Below, piece after piece: positions 31,206 to 38,615 of a DNA stretch of 42,102 nt. The stretch is from a virus. Lineage: Duplodnaviria; Caudoviricetes. Location: IMG/VR virus record IMGVR_UViG_3300025848_000068, positions 1-42,102 of that record; one strand, given 5' to 3'. Under the pieces are notes generated by a model that searched no databases, had not been told where the DNA came from, and worked only from the letters and a program-made list of their open reading frames with translations. Every line of letters starts with the position of its first letter. Positions within the stretch are counted from its first letter, which is position 1. A program made the translations under genes and the position numbers.

Positions 31206-31658
31206 ATGTCAAACGCACGAAAGAAACCACCGATCCGGTTGCGTCTTGCCGAGATTGGTGGGGCTGGATTGGAGCCGATGGATGGGGTCGAGGGCGCGTT
31301 CTGCCCCCTCAGGAATTCGTCCGAGCGGCGGTATCACGACCGGGGTTCGGTGTTCGTGTCCGTGCCGGGTGTAACCTTGGAAGACGCTCCGGAGGGCGCG
31401 GTAATCGGATACTACCTTGCTCACAGCAAGGCTCTGCTTAAGGTGTCGTGCGCCCATTGCGGGGCTCCGCAACTTCGGATGGGGTGCAAGGTGACTTTTG
31501 CGAAAGCCAACTTGTACAGCATCACGTGCAAGAAGTGCATGGCGATCACCGCGAAGACGCGGCTGCATCGGCGGCGGCAAGGTCTTGGGCTAGTCCCGCT
31601 GGAGGCTCCGCAAGCAGATCCGCAAGCCTCTCAAACCGAATCAGCCGATCCCGAGTGA
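31206..31658 (+). CDS. Hypothetical zinc-ribbon protein
   Basis: CAHC...CKKC; TATGCT -10-like hexamer at 31191-31196. Confidence 0.55.
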   Translation: MSNARKKPPIRLRLAEIGGAGLEPMDGVEGAFCPLRNSSERRYHDRGSVFVSVPGVTLEDAPEGAVIGYYLAHSKALLKVSCAHCGAPQLRMGCKVTFAKANLYSITCKKCMAITAKTRLHRRRQGLGLVPLEAPQADPQASQTESADPE

Positions 31659-31806
31659 CCATTACCATCGAGCGTAGGTGCGCGGCTTGGACGGCACGTT
31701 CTTCGTAGGTCAGGGCCATACACGAGCGAGCGTACATCGCGATGCTGTCGAGATGGACGATGAGATCGCCGAACATGTCGAGTTCTTCGTGACTCAATCC
31801 GCGCAC
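31546..31806 (-). CDS. Hypothetical protein
   Basis: 86 aa, overlapping the end of the upstream minus-strand gene. Confidence 0.5.
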   Translation of the reverse strand: MRGLSHEELDMFGDLIVHLDSIAMYARSCMALTYEERAVQAAHLRSMVMVTRDRLIRFERLADLLAEPPAGLAQDLAAADAAASSR

Positions 31807-32012
31807 GGTCGCTCCTTTAAAGCAGCGGCTAACAGCAATCCAACCTTGGCGGGCAGGACAAACTTCTGATCCTCAAACGCAAAGGTCAGGCCGGGGTTGC
31901 AGCCGAGAAACGTGGAATGCGTAGCATCGGCAATCGGCTCGGCGACCTCATGCCATGCAAGTAGGTATTCGTGGACGCTGTCGGTCGTCGTGCCGTCGGG
32001 CTTGTGGTACAT
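31794..32012 (-). CDS. Hypothetical protein
   Basis: ATG 32012 with GGAG SD; MYHKPDGTTTDSVHEYLLAW... Confidence 0.55.
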   Translation of the reverse strand: MYHKPDGTTTDSVHEYLLAWHEVAEPIADATHSTFLGCNPGLTFAFEDQKFVLPAKVGLLLAAALKERPCAD

Positions 32013-32034
32013 GCGTGACTCCAAGGAGTTACGA

Positions 32035-32043
32035 TGATATGCT
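32035..32043 (+). promoter_or_regulatory. Extended -10 (leaderless) promoter
   Basis: TGA-TATGCT, 6 nt, then ATG 32050. Confidence 0.55.
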
Positions 32044-32049
32044 TTTCGC

Positions 32050-32325
32050 ATGACTCACCAATCCGTGTTGCAGATTGATGGCTGCGGTAAGGCGTTGATC
32101 GGTTGGTTCCAGCGGCCCGGTGCGGGTCCGTTGCTGGTCTACGATTACGACAAACTCGTGGCCTGCTTTGTGAAGCAGGGCATGACCGAAGACGAGGCCG
32201 TCGAATGGGTGGCGGTCAACGTCGAATCGGCTTGGATGGGCGAGGGGACGCCGGCGATCCTGCATCGCATCCGCAACGCCGGCGACCTTGCGGAGTTCCG
32301 CGAGGCGCACGGACTGGATGCCTGA
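32050..32325 (+). CDS. Conserved phage hypothetical protein
   Basis: DG...ALIG...VYDYDK...GMTEDEAVEW...N...AWMGEGTP pattern, widespread in phages. Confidence 0.8.
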   Translation: MTHQSVLQIDGCGKALIGWFQRPGAGPLLVYDYDKLVACFVKQGMTEDEAVEWVAVNVESAWMGEGTPAILHRIRNAGDLAEFREAHGLDA

Positions 32326-32336
32326 TCGCCGTCGGG

Positions 32337-32690
32337 TCACTTGCGTGACACCGTCCACGCGTTCCAAACGAGCATGATCCCGAGGCCGATGACGGGTATC
32401 CAACCCCACATCGTCTTCACGAAAATCATGCTTCGCATTTCGTGGTAGGCCACCCAACCGGCAAGGGCAAACCCTACCGAGGCGGGCCGGGCGATCACGC
32501 TTTGCGCGAGCGCGAGGATGCCGACGAGGATTCCGCAGAGCATCAGGATGACGAACATTTCGCCACCCTGAAAGAACCGGACGGGCTCGTCCTTGAACAT
32601 CTTGACGTAGGCGGGACAGAACCCGGACAGGGTCCATGCCATCGTCAGTATCAGCGTCCCGGGGGTGGGGTCGTGTTTATCGGACTGCAT
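32337..32690 (-). CDS. Membrane protein (3-4 TM)
   Basis: Several long hydrophobic stretches. Confidence 0.65.
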   Translation of the reverse strand: MQSDKHDPTPGTLILTMAWTLSGFCPAYVKMFKDEPVRFFQGGEMFVILMLCGILVGILALAQSVIARPASVGFALAGWVAYHEMRSMIFVKTMWGWIPVIGLGIMLVWNAWTVSRK

Positions 32691-33066
32691 GGGCCATCGG
32701 TGCTTTCTCTCTGAGGAACCACTTCACGTCGTGAACGCCATCGCCGTGCAGGTAGTACCGTTTACCGTCGATGTGCAACGTGACATGCGTCTTCTTGAGG
32801 ATGCGGAACATCACGCCGAGGCCGGCGGGATTGGGCGACGCGAGCAACTCCCAACCCTTGTTGCTGATTCGACGGGTCAGTTCCCACCACTCGCCGCCGG
32901 CTTTGTCGGCATCGGCGATCAGGTCCTTGATCGTGAATCCCTCAGTCTTATACCGCTTGAGGCAGTAGCGCAGGAACTCATTGACGGTCCACATGACGGT
33001 CGGCGAGGAGACGTTTTGAATCGTCATGAACAACCTCACCTTGTCGGGATCATTTTTCCTAGGCAT
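32677..33066 (-). CDS. Hypothetical protein
   Basis: 129 aa in the coupled minus-strand operon. Confidence 0.65.
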   Translation of the reverse strand: MPRKNDPDKVRLFMTIQNVSSPTVMWTVNEFLRYCLKRYKTEGFTIKDLIADADKAGGEWWELTRRISNKGWELLASPNPAGLGVMFRILKKTHVTLHIDGKRYYLHGDGVHDVKWFLREKAPMAHAVR

Positions 33067-33358
33067 CGAGACGTTTCCAAATCATGATCGGGCGAGCGTG
33101 CCGTCGCGGCAACCGCGAGGCGCGGTAGACGCCCGTCGCGACTACCGCTTTAATGGCTGACAACTTCCGCATGACCGCGCCGAGGGCGCGGGGTTCGTGG
33201 GTCTCGTTACTCAACGCGACCCATACATCATCGGCGGTGAACTCCGTGCCGGGGGCGAGGCGCAGGACGTAATCCCGCGCCTCGACCATCCACGACATGG
33301 AGGCGTTCTTCTCGACGCGCTTGAGAGCGTCGTCGCGGAGTGCCTCCCCGGAACTCAC
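33059..33358 (-). CDS. Conserved phage protein, winged-helix-like
   Basis: FTADDVW...HEPRALGAVM...HARPIMIW pattern. Confidence 0.7.
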   Translation of the reverse strand: MSSGEALRDDALKRVEKNASMSWMVEARDYVLRLAPGTEFTADDVWVALSNETHEPRALGAVMRKLSAIKAVVATGVYRASRLPRRHARPIMIWKRLDA

Positions 33359-34164
33359 TTGATCGCACCCTTACGCTTGAGGCGTTCCGCAAACGTTTCG
33401 GTCGGGTTCTCGGGTGCGGGCTGCAACGTCGGCGCGACAACCTCGACGTCAACGTCAACCTGCGCGGGCGAGGGCGCGGGCGTTTCGGCAACGTCCAAAA
33501 CCTCGGGGCCGCTGCTGCCGTCCTCGACGCGATCCTCGATTTCGAGGGCCGTGGCAAGGTCCGTGGAGACGGGGAGGTACTTGAACAGGCGGCGCACCAC
33601 GGTCTTCTTTGCCATTTCGGCAAAGTCTGACGTCCACGGTCCGCTGCCGCCGGCACGGCTGCGCCCCTTGATGCGGTCCACATCCGACTTCGTCATAAAG
33701 TCGAACTGAATCCCGTCTTCAAGCATCGCGACCGCGTACACCGAGACGAGATCGCCCCGGTCGCCCTTGGTGTACGGCTTGTGCTTGACGTCGCCATGCG
33801 TCCCAAGGGTGATTTCAAACTCGTCGTTCTCGTACACGGCATGCGCGTACACGTTCTTGACCTGACCGGAACGCTTCGCGAGGTCGATCAACCCGCGATA
33901 TCCCGGGATCAACTGAACCTGTCCCTTGAACGGGATCAGGTATGCGCTCCCAAGCGTGCCGCTGCAATCCAACCCGAGTTGGCAGGCTTGTTGCACCGCC
34001 AAGAAAAGCGAGGAGCGGTTGCAGTCGAGCAGGGCGGGCGTCTTGGCGCACGCGATGACCACGGAACGGGTGAACCGTTCAAGCGGCACGTGGCGCGGGA
34101 GGATCTTTGCGTACTCCTTGGAACGGAGGGCCAAATCCTGCTTCAAAGCGACGATAGCACTCAT
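33355..34164 (-). CDS. recT: RecT family single-strand annealing protein
   Basis: LPRHVPLERFTR, LGL...AYLIPF, GYRGLIDLAKRSGQV, GPWTSDFAEMAKKTVVRRLFKYLP. Confidence 0.95.
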   Translation of the reverse strand: MSAIVALKQDLALRSKEYAKILPRHVPLERFTRSVVIACAKTPALLDCNRSSLFLAVQQACQLGLDCSGTLGSAYLIPFKGQVQLIPGYRGLIDLAKRSGQVKNVYAHAVYENDEFEITLGTHGDVKHKPYTKGDRGDLVSVYAVAMLEDGIQFDFMTKSDVDRIKGRSRAGGSGPWTSDFAEMAKKTVVRRLFKYLPVSTDLATALEIEDRVEDGSSGPEVLDVAETPAPSPAQVDVDVEVVAPTLQPAPENPTETFAERLKRKGAIK

Positions 34165-35087
34165 TCTGAACTCCACTTGGTAAGAAACCGACGGGACGAC
34201 TCGCCCGTCGTGGTGAACTTCTCAATGACGTCAGCGGGAGCGTTGACCGCCTCCGCGACCTCTTTCCATTTGGTCGTGCGTCGGCCCGCGACGTTGCGCC
34301 ACGTGACCTTACCCCACGACCCCGTGATTCCATCAGCGTCTGCGATGGCGTTGCAGATACGCGTCTCGGCGAGAGAAACCTCAACGCCCAACGTCGAATG
34401 CTGCTCTTTGAGCATGCGGTACTTCTGCACAAGTTCATCGACCTCAGGGGTCGATTCAAGCATCTGCCCGCCTGCCGTCGGGTACTTCGCACGGACGTAG
34501 TCGGGCATGTCGCGCTCGGTCAGTTCCACGGGATCGCCGGCGACGACGTGCTTCTCGTACCATTCCTGCAACCGCTCGACCATGAAAGCCTCAAGGGCTT
34601 CGTCACGCTCGACGCGATACACCTTAAGGTCGGGTCCAATCAAGGCCGCGAGGTACCACACGGGCATGTCCCACACCGCCATGTTCAAATGAACCTGCGT
34701 GAGGTAACGAACCGGGACGTCGAGAGAACCTTCGTCCCCCCATTCGTGGGCAGTCCTGAAAATCGCCTTGGTCTCGACACCGAAGGTCTTGTCAGCCGAC
34801 AAAAAGTCGGGAGACGCGGCCACGTTCGGAGCCTTGATGTGCCGAGCGGTTTCGTTCATGTGAACCAACGACCAACCGCGCTCGTCTTGCAGCAAGGACC
34901 CGATGACGGGCTCCAACGCGTTGCCGAGTTTCATTGCGGTGTTCGTCGGCTTCTCTTGCTCGCGACCGAGTTTGCGTTGCTGCAACTGGTACGGCGTGAG
35001 CCACGGGCTATCGGCAGGCGAAAGCACCGCCACCGCCTCGGACGCGCCGATGGCGCTCTTGCGATCAAATGCTTCTGATTTACCCAT
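34161..35087 (-). CDS. yqaJ: YqaJ-like viral recombinase exonuclease
   Basis: IGASE...SPW.TPY, GNALEPVI, ASPD, GVETK, VPVRYLTQVHLNM; paired with RecT. Confidence 0.9.
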   Translation of the reverse strand: MGKSEAFDRKSAIGASEAVAVLSPADSPWLTPYQLQQRKLGREQEKPTNTAMKLGNALEPVIGSLLQDERGWSLVHMNETARHIKAPNVAASPDFLSADKTFGVETKAIFRTAHEWGDEGSLDVPVRYLTQVHLNMAVWDMPVWYLAALIGPDLKVYRVERDEALEAFMVERLQEWYEKHVVAGDPVELTERDMPDYVRAKYPTAGGQMLESTPEVDELVQKYRMLKEQHSTLGVEVSLAETRICNAIADADGITGSWGKVTWRNVAGRRTTKWKEVAEAVNAPADVIEKFTTTGESSRRFLTKWSSE

Positions 35088-35373
35088 CTTGAGCCTCAGC
35101 CTTCAGAACCCGCAACTGTCCCTCGACCTTCGCCTTCGATTTCGCGATGTGCTGCTTCTGCTGCCGGCTCAGAAGCCGAATCACATGATCCGGTTTTACC
35201 TTCAGAGCCTTGGAAATCTGAGCCAGTCGATCCAGCGACATGGGGTACGTGGGATCCTTCATCAACCTCGACAACACGCTCGGATGCATCCCCATCGCCT
35301 CGCAAAACTCTCCGAGAGTCTCGTACTGGCTGAGGATCGTCATCCGAAGGGACATTTGTTTCCGTTTGGGCAT
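35080..35373 (-). CDS. XRE/Cro-like HTH transcription regulator
   Basis: AGGAGG SD; TLGEFCEAMGMHPSVLSRL...SLDRLAQISKALKV. Confidence 0.8.
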   Translation of the reverse strand: MPKRKQMSLRMTILSQYETLGEFCEAMGMHPSVLSRLMKDPTYPMSLDRLAQISKALKVKPDHVIRLLSRQQKQHIAKSKAKVEGQLRVLKAEAQDG

Positions 35374-35719
35374 TGGAAACCTCCTGTGAATAAGGCGTGG
35401 CAGCACCGGCGGATTTGACATGAGGATAGGAAAGGTTAGGAGAAACGGAAGTATCCGGTGGTGCCACGTTTGACTGAACGACGAACCATTTTCGGTCCTC
35501 CGCGTGCCAAACCAAGATGCGAGGATCGGCATCAAAGTACTTGGCAGAGAAAACCGTTTTGGTTCGGATAGCGACGATCTTACGAATCGCCGTCTCCATG
35601 CGAATCGACGACGACACGACGCGCTCGCTGACCACGACCCTCCACGGGGTGGAATGCTTCGGCGAGTAGTAAACGTAGATGATCGGGCGGTGACCATCCG
35701 GTGTCGGCGGAACTCTCAT
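35096..35719 (-). CDS. Hypothetical protein; C-terminal part overlaps the HTH gene
   Basis: ATG 8 nt below a -10 element; N-terminal ~85 aa look globular, the rest is low-complexity. Confidence 0.45.
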   Translation of the reverse strand: MRVPPTPDGHRPIIYVYYSPKHSTPWRVVVSERVVSSSIRMETAIRKIVAIRTKTVFSAKYFDADPRILVWHAEDRKWFVVQSNVAPPDTSVSPNLSYPHVKSAGAATPYSQEVSNAQTETNVPSDDDPQPVRDSRRVLRGDGDASERVVEVDEGSHVPHVAGSTGSDFQGSEGKTGSCDSASEPAAEAAHREIEGEGRGTVAGSEG

Positions 35720-35727
35720 GGCAAGAG

Positions 35728-35791
35728 ACTTTACGAGCGGGTAAATTGTTTTGCAAGGGGGGTTGCAAAAAATTTTCTAGGCTCGTACCAT
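35728..35791. promoter_or_regulatory. Divergent sigma70 promoter pair with an inverted-repeat operator
   Basis: Plus: TTGCAA (35763)-17-TACCAT (35786). Minus: TTGCAA (35756)-17-TAAAGT (35733). Near-palindrome AAATTGTTTTGCAA-GGGGGG-TTGCAAAAAATTT. Confidence 0.75.
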
Positions 35792-35797
35792 CCACGC

Positions 35798-36292
35798 ATG
35801 AACGACGACCTTATGAAACGCATCGAGGCTCTAGAGAAGCGCGTGGCGGATCTTGAGGCGAAAGCCGTTCCCGTCACGCCCGATCTTTTCCCCGTGGCCC
35901 CTGCGCCGGAACCCAAGATTCCGACCAAGCCCATGATCGAGCGGTGGGTACAAAACCGCAAGAACAAGGGTCTCGGACCCGAACGGTCGATGTCCCGGCA
36001 CGCCGCGGCGTTTGCGGATCTGTATAAGCGGTGCAACGGCGACCTCGCAACCGCGCTTGTTGCCATCGACCGTTACTTTAAAGATTCTCGGCATTGGGTT
36101 GTCGAACGCGGTTGGAACTTGGACCTGTTTCAGAAAATGATGGACGGGTTGGTCTTGGAGGCCAAGCGATATGTCGCACCATCGACTCCAACGGTACGCG
36201 CCGAGGTTGCGCCGCCTGCTGAACCCGCAGGTGACCGCGTCTCGGGTGCTGAGGTCCTTGAACGTCTCAGAAAGAAGGTCAAACGTGTCTGA
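35798..36292 (+). CDS. Hypothetical protein, possible replication initiator
   Basis: Leaderless ATG 6 nt after the -10; N-terminal coiled coil, Pro linker, helical domain IDRYFKD..W....GWNLDLF; upstream of RusA. Confidence 0.5.
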   Translation: MNDDLMKRIEALEKRVADLEAKAVPVTPDLFPVAPAPEPKIPTKPMIERWVQNRKNKGLGPERSMSRHAAAFADLYKRCNGDLATALVAIDRYFKDSRHWVVERGWNLDLFQKMMDGLVLEAKRYVAPSTPTVRAEVAPPAEPAGDRVSGAEVLERLRKKVKRV

Positions 36293-36716
36293 ACTCCGCT
36301 TCTTTGTCCCCGGACGCTGCGTTCCCAAGGGCCGGCCTCGGGCCGTTGCCCGCGGACGTTTCGTTCGGATGTACACCCCGAAAACCACCGTCGATTGGGA
36401 AGCAGCGGTCCGAGCCGCCGCGCTGGCCGCAATCCGCGAGCATCCCGATTACCCCCTGCGTGGGGCTGTCATCGTCGATCTGATCTTCGCGGTTTTCGCG
36501 TCGCGGCAACGCTACCGCAAGAATCCTTTGTTCGACACCGCGCCGGACGTGGACAACCTCGCGAAGGCGGTCCTCGACGGCATGAACGAAATCGTTTACC
36601 AAGACGACGGACAGGTCGTGCGTCTGTTCGTCGCGAAGAAGTTCGTGTTGACCCGCTGTCTTGCGGGCGTGTCCGTCGTCGTTCGTCCCGATGCCAACGG
36701 AGGAGAATACCGATGA
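36285..36716 (+). CDS. rusA: RusA family Holliday junction resolvase
   Basis: VPG..VPKGRPR, YTPK.T, PDVDNLAKAVLDGM, DDGQV. Confidence 0.92.
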   Translation: MSELRFFVPGRCVPKGRPRAVARGRFVRMYTPKTTVDWEAAVRAAALAAIREHPDYPLRGAVIVDLIFAVFASRQRYRKNPLFDTAPDVDNLAKAVLDGMNEIVYQDDGQVVRLFVAKKFVLTRCLAGVSVVVRPDANGGEYR

Positions 36717-36949
36717 AGTCATGGAAATCCATTGCGATGCCGAATCAGGGCTCGCTCACCGCGTTCGTCCGTCGTGTGGACGAGTGCGTCGAAATCACGC
36801 TCACGTACCAGCGTCATCAGGACGCCGAGCCGCAGAAGATCACCATCGTCGAGTACTTCGACGACGCCACGAACATCATGTCCACGTTGCTCGCGTCGTC
36901 GTTTGCGGCATCGGACATCGTCGAATTCGCTCGGGAGGAAACGACGTGA
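36713..36949 (+). CDS. Hypothetical protein
   Basis: GGAGGAG SD; ATGA coupling. Confidence 0.65.
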   Translation: MKSWKSIAMPNQGSLTAFVRRVDECVEITLTYQRHQDAEPQKITIVEYFDDATNIMSTLLASSFAASDIVEFAREETT

Positions 36950-37212
36950 ACGAACCGGTTTTGTTCCACGTTGCCGATCTCATCGCCGGCATCGAGGTAA
37001 CGTTGGCAATCGACGGCCAACGTAAACCCGTGTTGCTTGACGACGTCACGAAGACCACGATCATCCGCATCATCGCCGCTCAACCCGGTGGCATCGTCGC
37101 GGTCAACAGCGCGGAACACCCATCGCAAAAGCCCCCCCTACCCCCCCGTGTTCGGAAGGTAAGAAGGACAGCCCCGCGAGAGGAATCACGCTCCCCTCGT
37201 CCGCGTCGTTGA
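36946..37212 (+). CDS. Hypothetical protein
   Basis: GGAGG SD; GTGA coupling; basic tail. Confidence 0.55.
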   Translation: MNEPVLFHVADLIAGIEVTLAIDGQRKPVLLDDVTKTTIIRIIAAQPGGIVAVNSAEHPSQKPPLPPRVRKVRRTAPREESRSPRPRR

Positions 37213-37311
37213 CGCGCCCCGGTTTCTGCTCCGCGTGGTTGCGTTCCCTTTCGGTCCCGCGTGACGCCGTGTGTTTTGCGAGGCGACGGAAGCACCCTCG
37301 GCGCAAGAAAG

Positions 37312-37434
37312 AGCCCCCCGTGTCAGCATGCGCTTCTTACCAAGCGACGCCGGACGCGGGGGGCTTTGCCTTGCGGCAGAATTCGTTTCGGAAGGTAAGT
37401 TCCGGGGGCCATCATAGAGCCCCCGTTTACTCTT
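37312..37434 (+). terminator. Two GC-rich hairpins where the middle and early operons converge
   Basis: Arms AGCCCCCCGTGTC (37312-37324) / GACGCGGGGGGCT (37353-37365); CGGGGGC (37403-37409) / GCCCCCG (37419-37425) followed by TTTACTCTT. Confidence 0.5.
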
Positions 37435-37453
37435 GCAACCCCCTGCGGAATTT

Positions 37454-37723
37454 TCAGTTCAATTCCGGTCGGATCACCGGCACGTCCGTCCGTCGGAAGC
37501 AGAACCCGAATTTGTCCGGGTAAGATCCCGCGGCCATCTCATAGCCCATGCCCCAAAAGAATTCAAAACTCTCGGGGTCCTCGGGCCCCGCTTCGGGGTC
37601 GATGTCGGCCAAACGCATCAGCGAGGCGAAGGTTTGCTCCGCGTCGTCCCACGTGGCCACGAACGAATGGGACACCATGATGTCCGGCGAAACGATCCGG
37701 ACCTCCCAACGGTGCAGGGTCAT
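37454..37723 (-). CDS. Early hypothetical protein
   Basis: 89 aa; ATGA coupling. Confidence 0.65.
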   Translation of the reverse strand: MTLHRWEVRIVSPDIMVSHSFVATWDDAEQTFASLMRLADIDPEAGPEDPESFEFFWGMGYEMAAGSYPDKFGFCFRRTDVPVIRPELN

Positions 37724-37959
37724 TTTCCGTCTCCATACGTCGGGTTTTCGAGGATGGATTGCACCCGTTCAAGGTATGCGATCCATTTCCCCACGTGCGC
37801 GGGCGCGTCGTGCAAGGTATGCCCGAACGGGCATTCGGAAAGGTATTGTTCAAGGTCCCCGGTCTCGACGTCCCGCTTGAGGCGGTCAATCGTCATTTCG
37901 AGGGCCTGAAGCACCGCGTTCAATTCCAACAAATCCATCGTCACGGTTGCGTTGGTCAT
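37720..37959 (-). CDS. Early hypothetical protein (paralog of 37956-38183)
   Basis: ATGA coupling; shared TVT...RD.E.G.L..Y...WI..L.R pattern. Confidence 0.65.
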   Translation of the reverse strand: MTNATVTMDLLELNAVLQALEMTIDRLKRDVETGDLEQYLSECPFGHTLHDAPAHVGKWIAYLERVQSILENPTYGDGK

Positions 37960-38183
37960 GATTGTTCCCCCAAAAGAATCGCGAGACGCTGAAGGTCCCG
38001 GATCCATGCTTCAATCTCCTCCGGGTCCTCCGGATACGCGTCGAGGTTCCCTTCTTCTAGGTCCCGGGCAACAAACCCGGAGAACAACGCGACAGCGTTT
38101 ACAACCTCGCGAAGATCGCTCCGCGTCAGGGTGACGGTTACAAGCGATTCGTCCCGCGTTCCGTCCGTATTATCTGCGCTCAT
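37956..38183 (-). CDS. Early hypothetical protein
   Basis: ATG 38183 after a hairpin spacer; acidic. Confidence 0.65.
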   Translation of the reverse strand: MSADNTDGTRDESLVTVTLTRSDLREVVNAVALFSGFVARDLEEGNLDAYPEDPEEIEAWIRDLQRLAILLGEQS

Positions 38184-38256
38184 GTCGTTTCCGTTTCTGC
38201 GGGAAACCCCCGCGAGTCGGACCGTACCATCCGGCACGGTCCGCCCCGCTACGGTT

Positions 38257-38562
38257 TCACGATTCCATGCGACGGGACAACCACGTTTCATAATCCGCGA
38301 CCCCGTCATTCTCCGGTCCAACCTCGGGGCGGGTGGTTTTCTTCCATTTCCGGTATTCCGATGCCGTCAGAGGAATGATTTCGTATCTCGGGAAATCTTC
38401 CGGCCCCGGTTCTTCTTCGGAATCCTCGAAAACGCCCCGCGGGTCCCACGTCGCCGCGTATTCCGCAACGAACCCCTCGTCCGTGTCGGCGTACAGAAAT
38501 CCGGATTCAAGATTTCCGCGTCCGTCGTAATACACCAAACCGTACCATTTCAGTTTCGCCAT
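38257..38562 (-). CDS. Early acidic hypothetical protein
   Basis: 101 aa, Asp/Glu-rich; AGGGG SD. Confidence 0.65.
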   Translation of the reverse strand: MAKLKWYGLVYYDGRGNLESGFLYADTDEGFVAEYAATWDPRGVFEDSEEEPGPEDFPRYEIIPLTASEYRKWKKTTRPEVGPENDGVADYETWLSRRMES

Positions 38563-38581
38563 GTTGCACCCCTAGAGGAAA

Positions 38582-38606
38582 TGCCCGGGGACGGGAGCCC
38601 CCGGGC
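38582..38606 (-). terminator. Hairpin, possible weak terminator or processing stem
   Basis: GCCCGGGG-loop-CCCCGGGC followed by ATTTCCT on the minus strand. Confidence 0.4.
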
Positions 38607-38615
38607 GGTTCTGTT

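Noticed and set aside
35429-35440. GGAAAGGTTAGG on the plus strand, identical to the early SD motif
   Set aside because: No start codon at SD spacing and no supported ORF; possibly chance or a relic.
37209-37523. ORF 37209-37523
   Set aside because: Runs through hairpins and repeats into a convergent gene; unconvincing composition.
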